A stretch of DNA of 31,696 nt, from the NCBI GenBank assembly GCA_963977445.1, contig CAXBPH010000055.1, positions 1-31,696 on the forward strand, given 5' to 3'. Below, one piece after another: positions 25,901 through 31,696 of the stretch. Within the stretch, counting starts at the first letter, position 1, and every line of letters begins with the position of its first letter. The notes beneath the pieces were generated by a model. That model did not search any database. It saw only the letters and a program-made list of their open reading frames with translations, and was not told the DNA's origin. A program made the position numbers and the translations under genes. This DNA is from an uncultured bacterium (GTDB lineage: Bacteria; Hydrogenedentota; Hydrogenedentia; Hydrogenedentales; JAEUWI01).

Positions 25901-28900
25901 CTCCCTGAGCGGCACGATCAACGATATGGGGGCCACCTTGAGTGTGGCCGTAGGCGGCCAGGTCCGGGCTGCGACCAACAACGGCAATGGCACCTGGACC
26001 TTGGCAGACAACGTCATTTCACCTGCCCTTGCGCAAGGCGCCTACAATGTTGTGGTTACCGCCACCGACGTGGCCGGCAATTCGTCCACCGACAGTACGA
26101 ATAACGAACTTGTTATTGATACGACGGCACCCACGATTACCGTCACCGCACTGGCGAACCCCACCAACGACAACACCCCGCCCCTGAGCGGATCGGTGAA
26201 TGATGCGACCGCGACAATTTCGATCACGGTGGGCGGTCAGACTAAGACGGCAACAAACAACGGGACGAGCTGGACCCTGGCAAACGGTGCGCTGAGCGCC
26301 TTGGCCGACAATACCTACAACGTTGTTGCGACGGCGACCGATGCTGCAGGGAATGTGGGCACGGACGGTACCTCCAACGAATTGACAGTGGACACCGTCG
26401 CACCGACGATTGGGGTCAACACACTTTCGACGACGGATGCCACCCCGCCTCTTAGTGGCACGGTAAACGATAACAACGCGACGATACAGATTACCGTCAA
26501 TGGGCTGAGTTATTCCGCCACCAACAATGGCAATGGCACCTGGACGCTGGCCAATAACACGGTTACGACACTCCCCGACGGCACCTATAACGTACTGGCC
26601 GCTGCGACGGATCGGGCCGGAAATACCGGAACGGATAGCACGAGCAACGAATTGCTGGTGGACGCAACGGTGCCGGTAATTACGGTCACTTCCCGTCGAA
26701 CCAACGACAATCGGCCGCCCCTTAGCGGCACGGTGAACGATAACTCAGCCACGATTTCGATTGCCGTCGGTGGTCAGACAAAATCGGCGACAAACAATGG
26801 AAATGGCACGTGGACCCTGGCCGACAACGCCATTAACCCCGCATTGGCCGACGGGCCCTACAACGTAGTCGCAACGGCAACCGACACCGTGGGTAATGCG
26901 GGTGTCGACGGTACGTCCAACGAACTGGTCATCGATACGGTAAAGCCCATCGTAACCGTTACCAATCGAACAACCAACGATACGACGCCGGCACTTGGCG
27001 GCACGGTGGACGACACCACCGCCACCATCAGCGTTGTGGTGAACGGGCAGACCCGAACGGCGACCAACAACGGTAGTGGTGGCTGGACCTTGGCGGATGG
27101 TGCACTTACAGCGCTGCCGCAGGGTACCTACAATGTGGCCGTGTCCGCGACCGATGCGGCCGGCAACGTCGGGAACGACGCGACGAGTGGCGAACTGGTA
27201 ATCGACACGACCGCCCCGGTGATTTCCGTGACCGCGAAGTCAACCAACGACACGACGCCCTCCCTTTCGGGTGCCGTAAATGACAACTCCGCCACGATAT
27301 CCGTAACGGTTTCCGGCCAGACACGGTCGGCTACGAACAATGGCAATGGCACGTGGACGCTGGCGGATAACAGTCTTTCCGCTCTGGGTCAGGGTGTGTT
27401 CAGCGTAACGGCCACGGCTACGGATGTAGCGGGCAATGTCGGAACTGATGGCACCTCCAATGAACTTACAGTCGACAGCATCGTGCCTACGGTGACGATC
27501 AATAGCCTTACCACGACCGATACAACGCCCCCGTTGACGGGCACGGTAAGCGAAACGGGGGCCACGGTTCGGGTTTCCGTCAATGGACAGAACAATATAG
27601 TAGCCACCAACAACGGCAACGGCACGTGGACCCTGGCGAACAACACACTGACTGTCTTGCCCGATGGGACCTACAGCGTCACGGTTACAGCGACCGACGC
27701 CGTCGGCAATGTGGGCACGGACGGTACGTCCAATGAGCTTACGATTGATAACACGGCACCGTCGGTAACGGTAAACACGTTGAGCACCAATGTGGCACGC
27801 CCGCAGCTGACGGGTACGGTAAACGACACCGGGGCCACAATACGGGTGGCGGTGGGCGCACAGACTAATCTTGTGGCGACTAACAATGGTAACGGTACGT
27901 GGACGTTGCCCGTGAACACCATCAATCCGGGGCTTGCAACGGGCACCTATAATGTTACGGTTACGGCGACGGACACACTCGGTAATGTCGGTACGGACGG
28001 TAGCACGAACGAGCTTACCGTAGACACGACACCCCCCACGGTAACGATTAACACCCTGCTTACCCGCGACACACGTCCGCCCCTGACGGGTACCGTAAAC
28101 GACAACAATGCGACGATCGCCGTATCGGTGAACGGGCAAAACCGCACCGCTACGAACAACGGTAATGGCACGTGGACGCTGGCGGACGACGCTATCAATC
28201 CCGCGCTTGCACAGGGCACGTACAACGTTGCCGTGACCGCAACCGATCCTGCGGGCAACAGCGCCACCGACGCAACCAACGCGGAACTAACAATCGATAC
28301 GACGGCTCCGGTCGTTACCATAACTACGTTAATAACGAAAGACAACCGTCCCCCGCTCAGCGGCACGGTAAACGACGCCAATGCCACCATCGCTGTGGCG
28401 GTCGGTGGTCAGAATCGCACGGCCACGAACAACGGCAATGGCACTTGGACTCTGGCGGACAACGTCATCAATCCGGCGCTGGCCGACAACACCTATAGTG
28501 TCACGGTTACCGCGACCGACACGGCGGGGAATATCGGGACGGACGGCACCAGCAACGAACTCACCATCGATACCCTGGCGCCCACCATTACCGTAAACAC
28601 CCTCGCCACGGCCGACAACCGGCCTCCGCTAAGCGGCACGGTCAGCGAAACGAGCGCTACAATCAGCGTTACGGTGAGTGGTCAAACCCGCACCGCTACG
28701 AACAATGGCAATGGCACGTGGACGCTGGCCGACAATTCACTTACGGCGTTGCCGGACAACGTCTACTCCGTGTTGGCCACGGCCACCGACCCGGCCAACA
28801 ACACGGGCACCGACGGGACCTCCAACGAACTGACCATCGATACGACGGGCCCGACCGTTACGGTAAACAGCCTCATCACGAACAACAAACGGCCGGCCCT

Positions 28901-31696
28901 TAGCGGCACCGTCAACGACACGACGGCCACGATTCGCATTAGCGTGGGCGGCCACACGAACCTCGTTGCAACGAACAACGGTAACGGGACCTGGACCCTG
29001 TCCGTCAACACCATTCCGTCCAACCTTGCCGATGGAACCTACAACGTCGCGATAACGGGAACGGATACACTGGGCAACACCGGCACCGACAGCTCGACCA
29101 ACGAGTTGCGCATTGATACCACCCTTACGGTTACGGTGAACGCGCTGACTTCCGGCGACACCACCCCTGCTCTTAGCGGCACCATCGACGACACGACGGC
29201 GACGATTAGCGTTACCGTTGGCGGGAATCCCTATACGGCGACAAATAACGGCAACGGCACGTGGACGCTGGCCGACAACACCATCACGCCGGCCCTGGGC
29301 AATGGCACCTACAACGTCGTCGTATCCGCGACAGACAGTCTGGGCAACACGGCCACCGATGGGACCAACAACGAATTGGTCATTGATGCCACGGCACCGG
29401 TGGTGACGATTGCGTCCCTCGTCACTTCCGACAATCGTCCGCCGCTCACAGGTACGGTCAGTTCACCTGTCGCCGCGATTGCTGTGAGCGTGGGTAGTCA
29501 GACCGGGCTCGTCGCCACGAATAATGGCAATGGCACTTGGGTTCTGCCTGACGACACCATTAATCCTGGCCTGAGCGACAACACCTACAACGTGACGGTC
29601 AGCGCTACTGCCGGTGGAACGGGTACGGACAGTACCACCAACGAACTCACGATCGACACGGTTCCCCCGGTCACGACGATAACCAGTCGCACAACGAATG
29701 ATCAGCGACCTGCCATGGCAGGCACCATCAACGAACCCGGTGCCACGATAACGCTTGATGTCGTCGGCCAACAGCTGGGGCTTCCGGTAACCAACAACGG
29801 TGACGGCACGTGGAATCTCGCCGACGACACCATCAATCCGGGCTTAGCTGCGGGCATCTACACGATTACCCTCCACGCCACTGACCTGGCATCCAATACG
29901 AGCGACACGCCTTTTGCTGGTTCACTTATCATTGATTTGACGCCACCTACGATTGCGATCGATGCACTTACTACGGGCGACACGACACCGGCATTGACGG
30001 GAACGATTAATCACAACGACGCAAAGATTCGTGTCGATGTTGGTAGTCAGACCAATCTCCTGGCGATCAATAATGGCAATGGAACGTGGATTCTGCCCGA
30101 CAATACCCTGACGCCCCTTGCGGGCGGCACCTACAGTGTAACCGCACGGGCGACCGAAGTGTCTGGTAATGTTGGCACGGCTGGCCCCAGTAACTCCCTT
30201 ACCATCGACACAACGGCCCCTGTGATTACGGTGAATACACTTGCGACCAAGGACAGCACGCCGCAATTGACCGGTTCTGTAAATGATGCGACCGCAAGTA
30301 TATCCATCAAGGTGGGATCACAGACCCGCACCGCCACGAACAATGGTGCGACGTGGACGTTGGCCGACAATACCTTAACGACACTTGCCGACGGCACGTA
30401 TAACGTCGTTGCTACGGCTACCGACCCGCAAGGTAACGCTGGCACGGATAACACAAACAACGAGCTCCGGATTGATACGACAGCCCCCACGGTAACCATT
30501 GACAATCTGGTGACCAGCGACAATCGTCCTCAACTCACCGGTACCGTAAATGATATCGCAGCGACGATCACCGTCAACGTGGGTGGACAGACCGGCCTTG
30601 TTGCGACCAACAATGGCAACGGTACCTGGACCCTTGCCGACAATGTGATTAATCCTGGACTTGCCGACAATACCTACGACGTGGTGGTTGCCGCGACGGA
30701 TTCCGTGACGAACAGTGCGACGGATAGCAGTACGAATGAGCTTCGTGTGCTATCGGCCGCTCCGGTTATTACAGTGAACCCTCTGGTAACCAACGACACC
30801 CGGCCTCCCCTCAGCGGCACGATTAACGATACGACATCATCCATTTCTGTTACCTTGAATGGCAAGACCTACAACGCGACCAACAATGGCAATAACACCT
30901 GGACCCTTGCCAACGACGCCATCACCCCCGCGCTCGGGCAAGGTAGCTATAGCGTGATCGCCACGGCGACCAACGCGGCGAGTGTTGTTGGCACGGATCC
31001 GACCAACAACGAACTCACCATCGATGTGACCGCGCCGACCGTGGCCATCAACGCCCTGTTCACTCAGGACAGCACGCCGCCCTTATCGGGAACAACGAAT
31101 GATTCTGGTGCGGCTATTCGCGTGGATGTGGGTTCCCAGACGAATCTCGTGGCCACCAACAACGGTAACGGTACCTGGACGCTGGCCGACAACACCATTA
31201 CGGCGCTGGCACAAGGTACCTACAGCGTTACCGTGCGTGCTACCGACGTAGCGGGTAACTCTCGAACGGATAGTACATCCAGTGAGCTCCACGTGGATAC
31301 CACCCCGCCGACCGTAACGGTCGCCAGTTTGCTGACCACCGATAACACGCCGGGAATAAGCGGAACGATCACGGACAATATCAGCGCCGGAACAATAACC
31401 ATTTCCGTCAACGTAAACGGGCAGGTAAATACGGCGACCCGGGTGGGTGGCACCTGGTTCCTGAACAATGGTCAGCTGACCACGTTGGCTGACGGCACCT
31501 ATAATGTGCAGGCAACGGCGACCGATGCCGCAGGAAACGTCGGGACCGACGGTACTGCGGGCGAGTTGGTCATCGACACAGTTGCCCCGATTGTTGCCAT
31601 CAACACCTTGCAGACCAACGATGCGACTCCTGCCTTGAGTGGTACGGTGAACGACACCACGGCTGTGATAAAGGTTTCGGTTGGTGCGCAGACCAA
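22980..31696 (+). CDS. Giant secreted Ig-like repeat protein (adhesin-like), 3' truncated by the window edge, about 2900 codons visible
   Basis: ATG 22980 after AAGGA gives MRVERRSRRVQLRLKYIASTLIIAFG (signal-like). The same frame reads correctly at the start, at all repeat boundaries checked and at the end (VGAQT). It has a ~480-aa N-terminal region, two different Ig-like domains, then the repeat array. Confidence 0.92.
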   Translation, partial: MRVERRSRRVQLRLKYIASTLIIAFGMASINLAATAASLPLVAQIIAPTVYGATTGNASPSPALTFPAISPANSTPPDSHGAVGPTHILTQTNDASQVHDRNGNLVASVGIKSFWSGLGVTDVFDPKVVYDPHNNRFVAVACAQRRSSASGMLFGISETTDPTGNWHLWLLDGDNSNQNWVDYPNLGFTAGRISFTGNMFKISDDGFAGVNIWSIDTASAMDGGSLTMQLIYVASAGGSLVPALTYDAAESTQFIIRTSTANIFGNGYLQLYTLSGNIGSLNFTTSASTTAGLPWSISVPNAKQGGTSALIETNDSRLQGAVVRNGKLWATHTVSMSTTVRDHAAVKWWKVNVPNGDLSQDGFIEDVDGAGNFNINTGKHYYFPSIAVNKNDEVMIGFSGSSGLDFAGAYYAFRSPSYGAGLFDVPVRYQAGIGTYSGPRWGDYSHTVVDPLDDTTFWTVQQYATGGNKGGNAWAKVGEVAGDATPPTLNSASAPNDRTVRITFSETMTNNAALVTAGSYTFTGGLTASAVTRVNGTQVDVTVNEMNNGASYTATVSTSGPTDSAGNTLSSGSNTAAFTGIGTAPTVIIGQTTSNPTNANSVVFSVVFSESVGSTFTIADVTVTGSLASGATRSLGGADPSFSVTVTPSNPDAEGTLGISIGTGVNDSAGNTFGGASAPTNFTVDNTAPAVSVTALSTNDATPPLTGSTNDNTATISVTVSGQTRTATNNGNGTWTVPDNSLTTLGNGTFSVTATATDPAGNSTTDSTSNELTIDSTVPIVTVNSLTTKDKTPPLTGTVNETDATILVSVSGQTRFGTNNGNGTWTLADGSLSTLADGTYNVAVTATDPIGNIGTDGTTNELIIDSVAPVVTVTSLITKDTRPPLSGTVSDLSSPVTVNVNGISYTATNNGNGTWTLADNAITPALAAGTYNVVASSTDGANNTGTDGTSNELTIDLTAPVVTVTNRTTKDTTPSLSGTINDMGATLSVAVGGQVRAATNNGNGTWTLADNVISPALAQGAYNVVVTATDVAGNSSTDSTNNELVIDTTAPTITVTALANPTNDNTPPLSGSVNDATATISITVGGQTKTATNNGTSWTLANGALSALADNTYNVVATATDAAGNVGTDGTSNELTVDTVAPTIGVNTLSTTDATPPLSGTVNDNNATIQITVNGLSYSATNNGNGTWTLANNTVTTLPDGTYNVLAAATDRAGNTGTDSTSNELLVDATVPVITVTSRRTNDNRPPLSGTVNDNSATISIAVGGQTKSATNNGNGTWTLADNAINPALADGPYNVVATATDTVGNAGVDGTSNELVIDTVKPIVTVTNRTTNDTTPALGGTVDDTTATISVVVNGQTRTATNNGSGGWTLADGALTALPQGTYNVAVSATDAAGNVGNDATSGELVIDTTAPVISVTAKSTNDTTPSLSGAVNDNSATISVTVSGQTRSATNNGNGTWTLADNSLSALGQGVFSVTATATDVAGNVGTDGTSNELTVDSIVPTVTINSLTTTDTTPPLTGTVSETGATVRVSVNGQNNIVATNNGNGTWTLANNTLTVLPDGTYSVTVTATDAVGNVGTDGTSNELTIDNTAPSVTVNTLSTNVARPQLTGTVNDTGATIRVAVGAQTNLVATNNGNGTWTLPVNTINPGLATGTYNVTVTATDTLGNVGTDGSTNELTVDTTPPTVTINTLLTRDTRPPLTGTVNDNNATIAVSVNGQNRTATNNGNGTWTLADDAINPALAQGTYNVAVTATDPAGNSATDATNAELTIDTTAPVVTITTLITKDNRPPLSGTVNDANATIAVAVGGQNRTATNNGNGTWTLADNVINPALADNTYSVTVTATDTAGNIGTDGTSNELTIDTLAPTITVNTLATADNRPPLSGTVSETSATISVTVSGQTRTATNNGNGTWTLADNSLTALPDNVYSVLATATDPANNTGTDGTSNELTIDTTGPTVTVNSLITNNKRPALSGTVNDTTATIRISVGGHTNLVATNNGNGTWTLSVNTIPSNLADGTYNVAITGTDTLGNTGTDSSTNELRIDTTLTVTVNALTSGDTTPALSGTIDDTTATISVTVGGNPYTATNNGNGTWTLADNTITPALGNGTYNVVVSATDSLGNTATDGTNNELVIDATAPVVTIASLVTSDNRPPLTGTVSSPVAAIAVSVGSQTGLVATNNGNGTWVLPDDTINPGLSDNTYNVTVSATAGGTGTDSTTNELTIDTVPPVTTITSRTTNDQRPAMAGTINEPGATITLDVVGQQLGLPVTNNGDGTWNLADDTINPGLAAGIYTITLHATDLASNTSDTPFAGSLIIDLTPPTIAIDALTTGDTTPALTGTINHNDAKIRVDVGSQTNLLAINNGNGTWILPDNTLTPLAGGTYSVTARATEVSGNVGTAGPSNSLTIDTTAPVITVNTLATKDSTPQLTGSVNDATASISIKVGSQTRTATNNGATWTLADNTLTTLADGTYNVVATATDPQGNAGTDNTNNELRIDTTAPTVTIDNLVTSDNRPQLTGTVNDIAATITVNVGGQTGLVATNNGNGTWTLADNVINPGLADNTYDVVVAATDSVTNSATDSSTNELRVLSAAPVITVNPLVTNDTRPPLSGTINDTTSSISVTLNGKTYNATNNGNNTWTLANDAITPALGQGSYSVIATATNAASVVGTDPTNNELTIDVTAPTVAINALFTQDSTPPLSGTTNDSGAAIRVDVGSQTNLVATNNGNGTWTLADNTITALAQGTYSVTVRATDVAGNSRTDSTSSELHVDTTPPTVTVASLLTTDNTPGISGTITDNISAGTITISVNVNGQVNTATRVGGTWFLNNGQLTTLADGTYNVQATATDAAGNVGTDGTAGELVIDTVAPIVAINTLQTNDATPALSGTVNDTTAVIKVSVGAQT
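25032..31696 (+). repeat. 24 complete plus 1 partial intragenic Ig-like repeats of 267-279 bp
   Basis: Units begin at 25032, 25302, 25572, 25845, 26118 ... 31296, 31575. Consensus DTTAPxVTVxxLxTNDxxPxLSGTVND...ATNNGNGTWTLADN...GTYNVxxTATDxxGNxGTDxTxNELxI. Confidence 0.93.

Noticed and set aside
24359..31696. Many Val-rich minus-strand ORFs
   Set aside because: They are antisense reads of the Thr-rich Ig repeats of the giant + strand gene.

Overview
A GC-rich bacterial window, largely carbohydrate uptake and processing. In order: a sugar ABC permease; a minus-strand run (GDPD lipoprotein, Fe-ADH, class I glutamine amidotransferase, HAD hydrolase, GH38 alpha-mannosidase); a secreted alpha/beta hydrolase; a FadR/GntR regulator divergent from kdsB, a deoxyhypusine-synthase-fold protein and a BNR sialidase-like gene; three secreted proteins of unknown function; and a stand-alone STEAP/ferric-reductase-like membrane protein. 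The last 8.7 kb hold the 5' part of a giant Ig-repeat surface protein (22980 to the window end), absent from the ORF track because it has no stop codon in the window. Two things stand out. (1) The GntR / kdsB / DHS-like / sialidase module, whose DHS-fold protein appears to lack the catalytic WGK lysine, may be an undescribed Kdo (ulosonic acid) salvage or modification pathway. (2) Many intergenic gaps carry members of at least four palindromic repeat families, two with compensatory base changes between copies, plus a possible IS200/RAYT transposase relic. All protein calls rest on motif recognition by eye; no database search was run.
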